The translations under genes were made by a program, and so were the position numbers. Shown piece after piece: positions 52,712 through 63,227 of a stretch of 64,000 bases of DNA (the first letter of the stretch is position 1; the number at the start of each line of letters is the position of its first letter). The stretch lies in assembly GCA_964642925.1 (NCBI GenBank), contig CAZXPJ010000007.1, positions 10,664 to 74,663 of the forward strand. The letters are read 5' to 3'. Source of the stretch: an uncultured Eubacteriales bacterium. GTDB taxonomy: Bacteria; Bacillota; Peptococcia; Peptococcales; SKKY01. The notes beneath the pieces were generated by a model. The model saw nothing but the letters and a program-made list of their open reading frames with translations, had not been told where the DNA came from and made no database searches.

Positions 52712-53885
52712 CTTTTAAGTCCCCAATCAATAAATTATAATATTTGTCTTGGTCTGCAATTTCAATATCATCAGGAACACTTTGTCCTGTAGTAAAATAT
52801 GACAAGTGTTTTTTGCTTTTATCAATAAGATTGAGAATTGCTCCATAAGTTGATGTCTCATCAAGCTTTGTAAATATTATTTTTTTTATCTTAAGAGCTT
52901 CATACTGTTCAAGTATATCAATCATGTCTTTATATTTAGTACAAGCGCTTAATACTAAATATATATCATCAGGTGCGGCAGCTTCTAAGAAGCCTTTTAT
53001 TTCTGACATTTGAATGGCGTTCTTATGACTTCTCCCTGCTGTATCAATGAAAATTATTTCTTTATCATTGTTATCTTTAATAGAGTTTTTTAAATTTTGA
53101 GGAGTGAAAACCACCTCAACGGGTACACCTATTATTTCTCCCACTGTTTTTAATTGTTCTACTGCAGCAATTCTATATGTATCCACAGTAATTAAAGAAA
53201 TTTTCTTTTTATCATTTATAGTATAATTAGCTGCAAGTTTAGAAATAGTTGTTGTCTTACCCACACCAGTAGGTCCAACCAAAGCAACTACTGTTTGTTT
53301 GTTTTTATTATTTTCAATAGGTTTTGGGTTTTTTATTATCCTATGAATTTCTTCGTTTAATAAGTCATAAATTGCACTAGTGGAAGTCTTATCAGAATAT
53401 TTTTTTTCAATTCTTTTTAAGATCCTATTAGCTAATTTCGAAGACACTTCTTGCTCAATAAGTTTATCATATATTTTTTTAAATTCCCCTTTGAATGCTA
53501 TATTCCCTGACTCTATCATGGACATCATTTCATCCATTTTTTTTTGTATTTCAGAAAATTCCGAATTAAAATCTTCTTTTTCAATTTCCACTTTATCTAA
53601 TTCTTCCTTTATATTATTGGGAATAGAAATTTGCTGATTTAATATCTTTAATTTTTCATCTTCTTTAATAGCTTCTAACCTTTTCTCTTCAATTGATTCT
53701 TCATCATCGTAATTAAATTCTTCTACTGCAGCAGTTATATCATAATATTCCTTAGCAAAAAAACCGAAAATACCACCTTTTTTTTGTTTCTTTGTATGGA
53801 GAATTACAGCATCATTCCCCATTTCTAATTTTATTTGATGATAAATTTCTTGTATGTTTTTTCCAGTAAATTTTTTTACCTTCAT
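52704..53885 (-). CDS. flhF: Flagellar SRP-family GTPase FlhF
   Basis: GPTGVGKTTT, DTYRIAAVEQL, DTAGRS, TKLDET, GQSVPDD. Confidence 0.97.
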   Translation of the reverse strand: MKVKKFTGKNIQEIYHQIKLEMGNDAVILHTKKQKKGGIFGFFAKEYYDITAAVEEFNYDDEESIEEKRLEAIKEDEKLKILNQQISIPNNIKEELDKVEIEKEDFNSEFSEIQKKMDEMMSMIESGNIAFKGEFKKIYDKLIEQEVSSKLANRILKRIEKKYSDKTSTSAIYDLLNEEIHRIIKNPKPIENNKNKQTVVALVGPTGVGKTTTISKLAANYTINDKKKISLITVDTYRIAAVEQLKTVGEIIGVPVEVVFTPQNLKNSIKDNNDKEIIFIDTAGRSHKNAIQMSEIKGFLEAAAPDDIYLVLSACTKYKDMIDILEQYEALKIKKIIFTKLDETSTYGAILNLIDKSKKHLSYFTTGQSVPDDIEIADQDKYYNLLIGDLKDE

Positions 53886-55951
53886 TTTTTAATATTCACC
53901 GTCCCCACAACTTCAATATTTATATTCTGTGGAATTTCATTGTATGAAAGTACAGGTATTGATGGAAAGTTTCTTTCTATCAATCTCCTTAAATATAATC
54001 TTATAATTGGTGGAGTAAGTATTGCTGGCTGTAACCCTAGTAATGAAACTCTTTCACTTATATCAGATAGTTCAGTAGCAATTGCTTGAGCATACCTTGG
54101 TTCTAAGGCAAGATAATTTCCACCATCTGTTTCCTGAACACTATCTCTAATTATGGTTTCTGATTCTGGAGATAAGGTTATCACATTTAAAACATTATTT
54201 TCTAAATAAGCATTAATAATTTGCCTGGATATAGCTTGTCTAACATATTCTGTTAGAATATCAAGATCTTTTGTAACACCTGAGTAATCACCGATAGCCT
54301 CGAAAATAGTAACCATATCTCTAACGGGAACTCTCTCATTGAGAAGATTAATTATTATCCTATGGACTTCACTTAAAGATAGCAATCTTGGAATTACTTC
54401 ATCTACCACTGATGGGGAAGTTTCTTTTACATGATTTATTATGTTTTGAACATCCTGTCTTGAAATTATTTCAGTAGCATGTGTTTTTATAAATTCTGTT
54501 AAATGAGTTGAAAGAACAGAAGGTGGGTCAACTACAGTACAACCAGAAATTTCTGCCTCTTCTCGATCTTTCTCCTCAATCCATAAAGCTGGAAGTCCAA
54601 AGGCGGGTTCTAATGTTTCTATACCTTGTATTAAAAGTTCTTCCCCGGGATTCATTGCTAAAAGGCGGTCAAGAAGAAGTTCTCCCTCCGCCATAATAAC
54701 TCCCTTTAATTTAATTAAATACTTATTAGGTTCTAATTGCATATTATCTCTTATTCTTACTGGAGGAACCACTATGCCAAGTTCTACAGCTATCTGCCTT
54801 CTGATAAGAATCACTCTATCTAAGAGATCCCCGCCTTGGTTAGAGTCAACCATAGGAATTAAGCCGTATCCTAATTCTAATTCTAATGTATCCACATTTA
54901 ATAAATTATATACATTTTCAGATTTTTTAGTTTCTTCAACTTCAGCTTCAATTTCATCAATTTCATCTTTAGCAATACTTTCTCTTGTTGTTTTTTTCAT
55001 TATATAAGCTATATAAAATAAGAAAATTCCTATTGATGCAAATGGGAAAAAGGGTAGTCCTGGTACTGAACCAAGACCAACTAGGAAAACACCCGTAATA
55101 ATAAGTACTTTTGGATTAGCAAATATCTGGTTTACCATGTCGCTACCTAAGTTAGCGTCAGAGGCTGCTTTAGTTACTATAATACCTGTAGCAGTGGATA
55201 ATAAAAGAGCAGGTATTTGAGATACTAAACCATCTCCAACTGTTAATAAGGTAAACTTAGCTGCTACTTCACCAATACTTCCTAAATTTAGTTGGAAAGT
55301 ACCTATAATTATACCACCAGTTATATTAATTAGAGTAATAACTATACCAGCAATAGCATCACCCTTAACAAATTTTGTAGCACCATCCATTGCACCATAG
55401 AAATCTGCTTGTCTTTGCACATCTATTCTTCGCTGACGAGCTTCCATATCGTTAATTAAGCCTGCATTTAAATCAGCATCAATAGCCATTTGTTTACCAG
55501 GCATAGCATCCAGGGTAAATCTTGCTGCTACTTCTGCCACCCTCTCAGAACCTTTTGTAATAACAATAAATTGTATAATTACTAAGATTAAAAAGACAAT
55601 TAAACCAACAATTGGGTTTCCCCCCACAACAAAGTTACCAAATTGTTCAATTACTTCACCAGCATCCCCTGTAAGAAGAATTAATCTAGTGGAGGATACG
55701 TTTAAAGCAAGTCTAAATAATGTCATTATTAATAGTAATGCAGGGAATATGGAAAATTGTAAAGGGTCTTCATTATACATAGCGACTAGTACAACTATTA
55801 ATGCAAGGGAAATATTAAATACTATTAATAGACTTAGTAGCCAAGTTGGTAAAGGAATAATCATCATTACAACAATCATTATTACACCAACAGCTACAAC
55901 TATATCACTGTATTTTGTTAATATACTTGGAGTTTTACTAGAATCTGCCAT
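53882..55951 (-). CDS. flhA: Flagellar export gate protein FlhA
   Basis: LFRLALNVSSTR, RVAEVAARFTLDAMPGKQMAID, FYGAMDGA, LVSQIPALL. Confidence 0.99.
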   Translation of the reverse strand: MADSSKTPSILTKYSDIVVAVGVIMIVVMMIIPLPTWLLSLLIVFNISLALIVVLVAMYNEDPLQFSIFPALLLIMTLFRLALNVSSTRLILLTGDAGEVIEQFGNFVVGGNPIVGLIVFLILVIIQFIVITKGSERVAEVAARFTLDAMPGKQMAIDADLNAGLINDMEARQRRIDVQRQADFYGAMDGATKFVKGDAIAGIVITLINITGGIIIGTFQLNLGSIGEVAAKFTLLTVGDGLVSQIPALLLSTATGIIVTKAASDANLGSDMVNQIFANPKVLIITGVFLVGLGSVPGLPFFPFASIGIFLFYIAYIMKKTTRESIAKDEIDEIEAEVEETKKSENVYNLLNVDTLELELGYGLIPMVDSNQGGDLLDRVILIRRQIAVELGIVVPPVRIRDNMQLEPNKYLIKLKGVIMAEGELLLDRLLAMNPGEELLIQGIETLEPAFGLPALWIEEKDREEAEISGCTVVDPPSVLSTHLTEFIKTHATEIISRQDVQNIINHVKETSPSVVDEVIPRLLSLSEVHRIIINLLNERVPVRDMVTIFEAIGDYSGVTKDLDILTEYVRQAISRQIINAYLENNVLNVITLSPESETIIRDSVQETDGGNYLALEPRYAQAIATELSDISERVSLLGLQPAILTPPIIRLYLRRLIERNFPSIPVLSYNEIPQNINIEVVGTVNIKK

Positions 55952-55962
55952 TTATTCACCTG

Positions 55963-57045
55963 TTATATAGATTTATTTTTTAATTTATAAACATACGCTA
56001 ATACTTCTGCAACAGCCTGGAACATATCTCCAGGAATTTCTTGTCCTATCTCTATATTATAATACAAAGCTCTAGCAAGTTGTTTATCTTCGTATAAAAT
56101 AATCCCATTTTCTTTTGCTATTTCTTTAATTTTAAGAGCTATATTATCTTGACCTTTTCCGATTACTTTTGGAGCTGGCATTCCTTGAGAATACTTTAAT
56201 GCTACGGCAAAATGCGTCGGGTTAGTAATTACAACATCTGCTGAGGGTATTTCTTGCATCATTCTTCCTAAGGCCATTTGTCTTTGTTTTTCTTTAATTT
56301 TACTTTTTATTAATGGATCTCCTTCAATATTTTTATACTCATCCTTAATTTCTTGCTTTGACATTTTCTGACCTTCTGTATAATCATATTTCTGAAATAT
56401 AAAATCAATAATTGCTAGAATAAGAAGAAAAATTAATACCCGCCATATAATTGCAAAAATTAATTCTCCTATAAAAACTAGGGATACTTGAATATCCATA
56501 TCCATAAACTGAGGAAAAGACATAGTTCTGTCTTTTATCACTGAATAGGCCAAATATAGTATCCCAGATATTTTAAAAATAGATTTAAAAAGTTCCATTA
56601 GTGTCTTTTTGGAAAAGATCTTTTTAAAACCTTTAATTGGATCTATTTTTTCTAGTTTCATTTGTAAGGGTTCGGTTGTAAAAAGAAAACCTATTTGAAC
56701 GTAGTTTGCCAAAACACCAGCCAACATACTTAGAAGCATAATGGGTAAAACAATTTTCCCTAACCACATTAAGGTAGTAATGTAAATATGTTGAATTGTT
56801 TCTATGGTTATTACTCCAGATGTGTCAAATTGAAAAAAAGTGATAAATAAAGCTTGCATGTTTTTAATCATATCACTCATGAAAATTCTAAGAAATACTA
56901 AAGTTACAAGAAGAATTACTGCTGAGTTTATTTCACTACTTTTTGCTACTTGCCCTTTTTTTCTCGCATCTTCAAGCTTTTTTGGAGTAGGTTGTTCTGT
57001 TTTTTCACCAGAGAAAAGTTGCAAATTTACATAATATTTATTCAT
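55963..57045 (-). CDS. flhB: Flagellar export switch protein FlhB
   Basis: EKTEQPTPKK, EGDP, NPTH autocleavage site. Confidence 0.99.
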   Translation of the reverse strand: MNKYYVNLQLFSGEKTEQPTPKKLEDARKKGQVAKSSEINSAVILLVTLVFLRIFMSDMIKNMQALFITFFQFDTSGVITIETIQHIYITTLMWLGKIVLPIMLLSMLAGVLANYVQIGFLFTTEPLQMKLEKIDPIKGFKKIFSKKTLMELFKSIFKISGILYLAYSVIKDRTMSFPQFMDMDIQVSLVFIGELIFAIIWRVLIFLLILAIIDFIFQKYDYTEGQKMSKQEIKDEYKNIEGDPLIKSKIKEKQRQMALGRMMQEIPSADVVITNPTHFAVALKYSQGMPAPKVIGKGQDNIALKIKEIAKENGIILYEDKQLARALYYNIEIGQEIPGDMFQAVAEVLAYVYKLKNKSI

Positions 57046-57824
57046 GATAGTATCCTGATTAATGTATATATATCTTGGAAAGATCTTTCAAAAAAAGAAC
57101 CTAAAATATAAATATACAGGGGAATTATAATAATCGCAAGAATAAAGCCTAAACCAATTTTTAAAGGCATACCAATCATAAACACATTCATTTGAGGGAC
57201 TGTTCTGGCTATAATCCCAAGAATAAAGTCCGTAGCAAAAAGTGCTCCCACATATGGAAGTGCTACCTTTATTCCAATTACAAAAAGATTTCCTGTAACA
57301 TAGATTATAAAATTCATTAAAGTCATATCCACAGTAAAATCACCCAAGGGAATTATCTGATAAGATTTCATTAAAGCATCCAATAGAAGAACATGACCAT
57401 TAATTGAAAGGTAAAAAAACATTGTTAAAAAATATTTAAAAGTACCCATTACAGGCATTTGTGCTCCAGATTGAGGATTTACAACATTGACAATACCAAA
57501 ACCCATTTGCATGTCAATAAGTTGACCTGCCAGATTTATAGCATCAAAAAATAATGTTGCAATAAATCCTATAGAAAGACCTATAACAAATTCGCTAATT
57601 CCATATATAAAAAAAAGCAGTATGGAAGAGTCAATGGTTAATAACGGTGTATCAACAATGGTTGGTACTACCAGTATGCTGATTAGCATGGCTAATGCAG
57701 CTTTCATCAATGACAATACATTCCTACTGCTAAATAATGGCGCAATAATAAGAAATCCAATTACTCTAAAAAAAACAATTAAGTATGTTGGAAAGTTTTC
57801 ATAAAAAATCTGTAAATAATCCAT
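57042..57824 (-). CDS. fliR: Flagellar export protein FliR
   Basis: AGQLIDMQMGF, INGH, ARTVPQMNVF. Confidence 0.96.
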   Translation of the reverse strand: MDYLQIFYENFPTYLIVFFRVIGFLIIAPLFSSRNVLSLMKAALAMLISILVVPTIVDTPLLTIDSSILLFFIYGISEFVIGLSIGFIATLFFDAINLAGQLIDMQMGFGIVNVVNPQSGAQMPVMGTFKYFLTMFFYLSINGHVLLLDALMKSYQIIPLGDFTVDMTLMNFIIYVTGNLFVIGIKVALPYVGALFATDFILGIIARTVPQMNVFMIGMPLKIGLGFILAIIIIPLYIYILGSFFERSFQDIYTLIRILS

Positions 57825-57826
57825 AA

Positions 57827-58096
57827 TTAACTTCCTAACTTTGCCATAATTGTAAATAAATTCTGAGTAAAAGCAAGAAGAATATTAAGCATCCAAGGTC
57901 CTAAAATTACTATCATTACAAAAATAGCAACAATCTTTGGCACAAAGGTTAAAGTTTGCTCCTGAATTTGTGTCGTTGCTTGAAATATACTGATAGTCAA
58001 GCCTATCAGTATGCTACCTATTAATAGTGGTCCTGAAATTAAAAGAACTGTGTAAACCGCTTCTCTTCCTATGTATATTACTAATTCCGGAGTCAT
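57827..58096 (-). CDS. fliQ: Flagellar export protein FliQ
   Basis: FQATTQIQEQTLTFVPK. Confidence 0.98.
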   Translation of the reverse strand: MTPELVIYIGREAVYTVLLISGPLLIGSILIGLTISIFQATTQIQEQTLTFVPKIVAIFVMIVILGPWMLNILLAFTQNLFTIMAKLGS

Positions 58097-58114
58097 TCTT
58101 TACCTTCTCCTTTC

Positions 58115-58867
58115 TTAAAAACCCATAATTAGAGATTTTACAACCATATGCCAGCCATCAACTAAAACAAATAATAAGATTTTAAAGGGAAGTGATATCA
58201 TCATAGGTGGTAACATCATCATACCCATAGACATTAATACACTGGCTACTATCATATCAATAACTAAAAAGGGTATAAAAATTAAAAAACCTATTTGAAA
58301 GGCTGTTTTAATTTCGCTTATAACAAAAGAAGGAACAAGTACATATAGAGGAACATCATCTCTAGTCTGTGGTCTTATAGTTTCCGAAGCATTTATAAAC
58401 ATAGCTAAATCTGCTTCTCTTGTATATTTAAACATAAAATTTCTTACTGGACCAAGAGCATTCTCAAGAGCCTCTCCTTGATTAATCTCCTCATTAATAT
58501 AAGGTTGTATAGCTTCTGCATTAACTTGTGTAAAAACAGGACTCATCACAAAAAAAGTAATAAAAAGAGCTAAACCTACTATAACTTGGTTAGGTGGCAT
58601 TTGTTGTGTGGCTAAACCTTGTCTTACAAAGGAAAGAACTATTATTACTCTAGTAAAAGAGGTCATTAAAATAAGGATCCCAGGAGCTAATGTTAAAATA
58701 GTAAGCAAAAATACAATTTGCAGACTAAGTGCAACATCCTGAGGTTCTGTTGCATTATTAAGACCAATCTCAATACCTGGAATTGCAAACTCCTGAGCAT
58801 AGGCTCCAGTTATTAAAAAAGAAAATATAAAAATTATTATTATTAAGGAAACACCTTTTTTATTCAT
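58115..58867 (-). CDS. fliP: Flagellar export protein FliP
   Basis: TSFTRVIIV, QMPPNQV, PSFVISE, GMMMLPP, LFVLVDGW. Confidence 0.99.
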   Translation of the reverse strand: MNKKGVSLIIIIFIFSFLITGAYAQEFAIPGIEIGLNNATEPQDVALSLQIVFLLTILTLAPGILILMTSFTRVIIVLSFVRQGLATQQMPPNQVIVGLALFITFFVMSPVFTQVNAEAIQPYINEEINQGEALENALGPVRNFMFKYTREADLAMFINASETIRPQTRDDVPLYVLVPSFVISEIKTAFQIGFLIFIPFLVIDMIVASVLMSMGMMMLPPMMISLPFKILLFVLVDGWHMVVKSLIMGF

Positions 58868-58868
58868 T

Positions 58869-59396
58869 TTAGTCTCTTTTCTTATTAAAATATTTTTCAG
58901 CTATTTTAATATTTTGTTTAAGATGGTTTTGAAAAGATTCTTTTTCTTTCTTTTTAAATGGGTTCATAGTAAATTCATTAAAATCTTTATTAAGAATAAT
59001 TTCACTTTTAATTTTTTCAAAGTCTTGACCACTAATTTTTGTTAATACATTTAATGAATTTTCTGTACTCCCAATAACATATCCTTCTTTATTTATCTCT
59101 ACAAGATATAATCCTCGGTTATTTCCCATATAATTATAATCAAGCACATTTACCCAATTTCCTTCACGATACTGGGGTTCATTTTTCTTGGAAATAAATT
59201 TTAAAGTAAAATACAATAAGGACACAACAAAAATAACTGCTATAAGGTATCTGGCTAACAAAAAACCAATGTTAGGAGATCCTTCAGTTAAATTTATCGC
59301 ATCCGTAGTATCTGGTGGCAAATTAAGATCTTGATTTGCCATAGCATAAAATGGATTTATTAAAATTAAACTAATAAATATTATTAGTTTTTTCAT
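58869..59396 (-). CDS. fliO: Flagellar biosynthesis protein FliO/FliZ
   Basis: Position between cheY and fliP; TM segment then LGxNR-like MGNNRGLYLVEI..YVIGST. Confidence 0.8.
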   Translation of the reverse strand: MKKLIIFISLILINPFYAMANQDLNLPPDTTDAINLTEGSPNIGFLLARYLIAVIFVVSLLYFTLKFISKKNEPQYREGNWVNVLDYNYMGNNRGLYLVEINKEGYVIGSTENSLNVLTKISGQDFEKIKSEIILNKDFNEFTMNPFKKKEKESFQNHLKQNIKIAEKYFNKKRD

Positions 59397-59755
59397 GATA
59401 AGGCCTTAGAAACAGCCTCCAGAACTCTATCTGCCTGGAAGGGCTTTACAATAAAATCCTTTGCTCCTGCTTGAATTGCTTCAACTACCATAGCTTGTTG
59501 TCCCATGGCACTACACATTACTATTCTTGCACTAGGATCCCCTTGTTTTATTTTTTTCAAAGCTTCAATACCATCCATCTCAGGCATTGTAATATCCATT
59601 GTTACTAAATCTGGTTTTAATTCATTATATTTTTCAATAGCTACTGCACCATTTTCTGCTTCTCCCACTACATCATAGCCATTTTTAGATAATATATCTT
59701 TTATCATCATTCTCATAAAAGCCGCGTCATCAACAATCAAAATTCTCTGTGCCAT
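59393..59755 (-). CDS. cheY: Chemotaxis response regulator CheY
   Basis: VDDAAFMR, DLVTMDITMP, CSAMGQ, FIVKPF. Confidence 0.97.
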   Translation of the reverse strand: MAQRILIVDDAAFMRMMIKDILSKNGYDVVGEAENGAVAIEKYNELKPDLVTMDITMPEMDGIEALKKIKQGDPSARIVMCSAMGQQAMVVEAIQAGAKDFIVKPFQADRVLEAVSKALS

Positions 59756-59772
59756 TATATCTTTCCCCTTTT

Positions 59773-60918
59773 TTATTGTAGTTTTTTAACTCGTTCTATG
59801 GGACTGACAATATCGAGTATCCTTACCCCAAAATTTTCGTCTATAACAACAACTTCACCTTTTGCAAATAATTTTCCATTAATCATTAAATCAACAGCTT
59901 CTCCAGCTAACTTATTTAATTCTATAATAGACCCAGTAGAAAAATCAAGAATTTCTTTTACCGTTTTTTGGGTTCTACCCAATTCCACGGAAACATTTAA
60001 GGCTACATCAAGAATTAAATCTAGATTTTGAGATCCTGTAACACTTATATTATAGTCTAATTGTTGAAATTCCGCAGGGGAAATATTAATACTTTTAGGA
60101 TTATTGCTATGGGTCTCTTTTGGTGCTTCATAATATTCCTCTTTATTATATGGATCTTCAATTTGACCACTTGACTGTTGTTGTGGTTGATATTCTTCTT
60201 GTTCTTGTATTTGTGAATCTCCTGAAGGTGCTGAACCAATATTACCAATTAAAGATGTAGCCATTTCCTTTGCAAAGGCTAAAGGACTAATCTGTATTAG
60301 TTTACTATCTACTAGACCTTCTATTTTCATATTAAAAGTTACTAAAACTATAATATTAAGAGAAGGATCTAAAAACTTTACACCCTCTTCAGCAATATTT
60401 ACAATTTCTACCTGTGGGGGAGCTATATTAATAGTTTTATTTATCAAAGTAGACATTGAAGTAGCAGCTGAACCCATCATTTGATTCATTGCCTCACTCA
60501 CTGCACTTAAGTGTAGTTCATTTAATTCTTCTACATCTGGCTTTCCTTCTCCTCCCATCATTAAATCAGCAATTATAGCTGCATCCATATTTTTGAGAAT
60601 TAAGACATTACTACCTACAAGTCCTTCCGTATATTTTACATTTACAACAGTATGAGGATATCCATATTCTAATTCAAAGTCTTTGACACTAATAACTGAA
60701 ACCGAAGGTACTGTTATTGAAACTTTTCTCCCTAGTAAGGTGGAAAGAGTGGTTGAAGCTGTTCCTAGGGTAATATTAGATACCTCACCTACTGCATCTT
60801 TTTCAATATCACTAAGTTCATCTCCTGTTACATCATCAAGAATAAAGTCAGAGTCTATATCATCATTTCCCCTTAAAAGGGCATCTATTTCTGCCTGAGA
60901 TAATATTCCATCACTCAT
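59773..60918 (-). CDS. fliY: Flagellar switch phosphatase FliY (CheC-like plus FliN domain)
   Basis: LSQAEIDALL, GEVSNI, SEAMNQMMG, C-terminal VELGRT..GEVVVIDENFGVRI. Confidence 0.96.
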   Translation of the reverse strand: MSDGILSQAEIDALLRGNDDIDSDFILDDVTGDELSDIEKDAVGEVSNITLGTASTTLSTLLGRKVSITVPSVSVISVKDFELEYGYPHTVVNVKYTEGLVGSNVLILKNMDAAIIADLMMGGEGKPDVEELNELHLSAVSEAMNQMMGSAATSMSTLINKTINIAPPQVEIVNIAEEGVKFLDPSLNIIVLVTFNMKIEGLVDSKLIQISPLAFAKEMATSLIGNIGSAPSGDSQIQEQEEYQPQQQSSGQIEDPYNKEEYYEAPKETHSNNPKSINISPAEFQQLDYNISVTGSQNLDLILDVALNVSVELGRTQKTVKEILDFSTGSIIELNKLAGEAVDLMINGKLFAKGEVVVIDENFGVRILDIVSPIERVKKLQ

Positions 60919-61925
60919 ATAACGCCATCCTCCTCTTCATGATTATTATCAAATATTGGTCTTGTTATTTGTACACCTATAGACTTACCTGTAAGACCAA
61001 CTTTGCCTTTAAATTTTTTTCTTTTTTGAACTCTAATATCCACTTCATCATCTACTCTTTTTTCAAGATTAATTACATCTCCAACTCTAAAATCTAATAA
61101 ATCTTTTATAGTTATATAAGTTTCACCAAGGACTGCTGAAACTTCCATTTTTGTCAATTTTACTTTTTTATTTAAGCTTTTAACTATTTCTTCTGTTTGA
61201 GTTTTAGTTTCCGACCCATAGAAAAATTTAGCATTTAATTTATTTCCAATTGGTTCAAGACTGTAACAAGGAATACAAATATTCATAAAACCTTCAAGAT
61301 CTTCTCCTAATTGAATATTTAAAGTAACTAGTATTACCATCTCCGTAGGAGAAACAATCTGGCTAAAAGTTGGGTTTGTTTCTAGTGTTTCAAAAATTGG
61401 ATTAACATCAATTATGTTTTCCCATGACTCTCTTAAATGTTCCAAGGTTTCTTTCATTAATCTACTAACCACGATCTCTTCTATTTCTGTCAAGGGTCTT
61501 GATTTAAAACTAGTTACTCCTGGCCCACCAAATAGTTTGTCTATTATATAAAAAACTAATTGAGGATTAAATTCCAATACTGACTTCCCTTCCAGGGGGT
61601 CAAGTTGAAAAATGTTTATTATAGTTGGATTGGGTACAGAACGAATAAACTCATCATAGGTTAGCTGTTCTACAGAAGCAACTTTAATATTTGCCCTCGT
61701 CCTTAGTTTTCCAGATAACATGGTAGAAACTAAACGAGCAAAATTTTCATGAATAAATTGAATTGTTTTCAATTGATCCTTAGAGAATTTGTTAGGTCTC
61801 TTGAAATTATAGAGAGATATTTTCTTATCAGATTCTTTCTCTTTTATATCCTCCGCATCTACAGCGCCACTTTGCAGTGCATTTAAAAGAGAGTCAATCT
61901 CTTCCTGAGATAGGATATCAGCCAT
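60915..61925 (-). CDS. fliM: Flagellar motor switch protein FliM
   Basis: LSQEEIDSLL, YNFKRPNKFSK, HENFAR, VEQLTYDEF. Confidence 0.98.
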   Translation of the reverse strand: MADILSQEEIDSLLNALQSGAVDAEDIKEKESDKKISLYNFKRPNKFSKDQLKTIQFIHENFARLVSTMLSGKLRTRANIKVASVEQLTYDEFIRSVPNPTIINIFQLDPLEGKSVLEFNPQLVFYIIDKLFGGPGVTSFKSRPLTEIEEIVVSRLMKETLEHLRESWENIIDVNPIFETLETNPTFSQIVSPTEMVILVTLNIQLGEDLEGFMNICIPCYSLEPIGNKLNAKFFYGSETKTQTEEIVKSLNKKVKLTKMEVSAVLGETYITIKDLLDFRVGDVINLEKRVDDEVDIRVQKRKKFKGKVGLTGKSIGVQITRPIFDNNHEEEDGVI

Positions 61926-61957
61926 TTTTACACCTCTCTAATCTTTGAAGGTAAAAA

Positions 61958-62419
61958 TTATTGCCATACAAAACCTTCAAAATAAATATTAATTACTTCG
62001 CCATCATTTAGTATATCATTTAATGCCCCAACAAGTTGGGCTCCTATCTTATCTTTAGAGCCTTTCATTTCCAGTTCTTCTAAGGATAGATTCCCTAAAA
62101 CTCTAAGCACTGTATGGTTAAAGATAGGTAACTTACTTTTTATTTCAGTAAGTACCTTTTTATTATCCACCTCAACTGAAAACTGGGTTCTTAAAAATCT
62201 TTTTCCACCGGCGTTATGAATATTTACAGTATATTCTTCAGTTTGGAAAACAGGTCCTAAAGTTATTTGGTTTTCATCTTTGTTTTTCCCTGATAACATA
62301 CTATAACCTACTATAAAAACCGCAGCAAAAACAATCAGAAGAAAAATGATACCTCCGACCATAATTAATTTACTTATACCTTTTTTTTCTTTCTTTTGTA
62401 CATTCTCTTTTTCATCCAT
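61958..62419 (-). CDS. fliL: Flagellar basal body-associated protein FliL
   Basis: Single N-terminal TM; YTVNI..RFLR; VINIYFEGFVWQ; between motB and fliM. Confidence 0.9.
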   Translation of the reverse strand: MDEKENVQKKEKKGISKLIMVGGIIFLLIVFAAVFIVGYSMLSGKNKDENQITLGPVFQTEEYTVNIHNAGGKRFLRTQFSVEVDNKKVLTEIKSKLPIFNHTVLRVLGNLSLEELEMKGSKDKIGAQLVGALNDILNDGEVINIYFEGFVWQ

Positions 62420-62448
62420 CTAATAATACCTTAATTTTAAACTATATA

Positions 62449-63225
62449 TCAGTCTAAAACTACCCTTTCTTCAGTATAAGATATATCATTTCTTAAAACA
62501 ATAATATCAACTCTACGATTTTTCTGTCTAGATCTTGCATCATTATTGAATACTAAGGGATAAAATTCACCATAAATTCCTCCAGACATTCTGAAAGGAT
62601 CCATATTACCATTTTCTACAAGATACCTTAAAACATTTGTGGCTCTAGCAGCAGAAAGTTCCCAGTTAGTAGCATAGACCCTTCTGTCCGTAGGAACATC
62701 ATCTGTATGTCCTTCAATACGGTAATATCTATCCATGCCTCTTAAAGTACTAGATACTTCATTTAAAGCCATTTTAGCTTCTTTTCGCAAAACAGCAAGA
62801 CCGCTATCAAATAGAAGGGTATCTTGTAGTCTTATTAAAACTCCTCTTTCATTTAATTGTACAATTATTTCGCCTTTTGCTATTTCTTCACTAAGTTCTT
62901 GTTTAAGTTGTTGAACTATTTCTAATAGCTCTTCGATGTCGTTAGTTTGTGCTTCTTCCATAGCTGTTAAGATGCTTTCACTTATAGAATTAGGATCTTT
63001 CCCTTGACTTAGAAGCTCAGCTCTATTTAAAGTTTCACCACCATCTAGGACCCCGATTGATCCTTTAAGAGAAGAAACTACCATTTTCCATTTTACACTA
63101 TCAGTTGAGGAAAAAGCGAAAAGCAAAATAAAAAAGCACAAAACCAAAGTAATCATATCTCCATAAGTAGTCATCCATAAAGGAGCACCTGGAGGATTCT
63201 GAACAACCTTTTTTTTTCTGGCCAT
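62449..63225 (-). CDS. motB: Stator B subunit (MotB/MotS/PomB family)
   Basis: WMTTYGDMITLVLCFFILL TM helix; OmpA-like domain IEGHTD, NWELSAARA, KNRRVDI. Confidence 0.96.
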   Translation of the reverse strand: MARKKKVVQNPPGAPLWMTTYGDMITLVLCFFILLFAFSSTDSVKWKMVVSSLKGSIGVLDGGETLNRAELLSQGKDPNSISESILTAMEEAQTNDIEELLEIVQQLKQELSEEIAKGEIIVQLNERGVLIRLQDTLLFDSGLAVLRKEAKMALNEVSSTLRGMDRYYRIEGHTDDVPTDRRVYATNWELSAARATNVLRYLVENGNMDPFRMSGGIYGEFYPLVFNNDARSRQKNRRVDIIVLRNDISYTEERVVLD

Positions 63226-63227
63226 TT

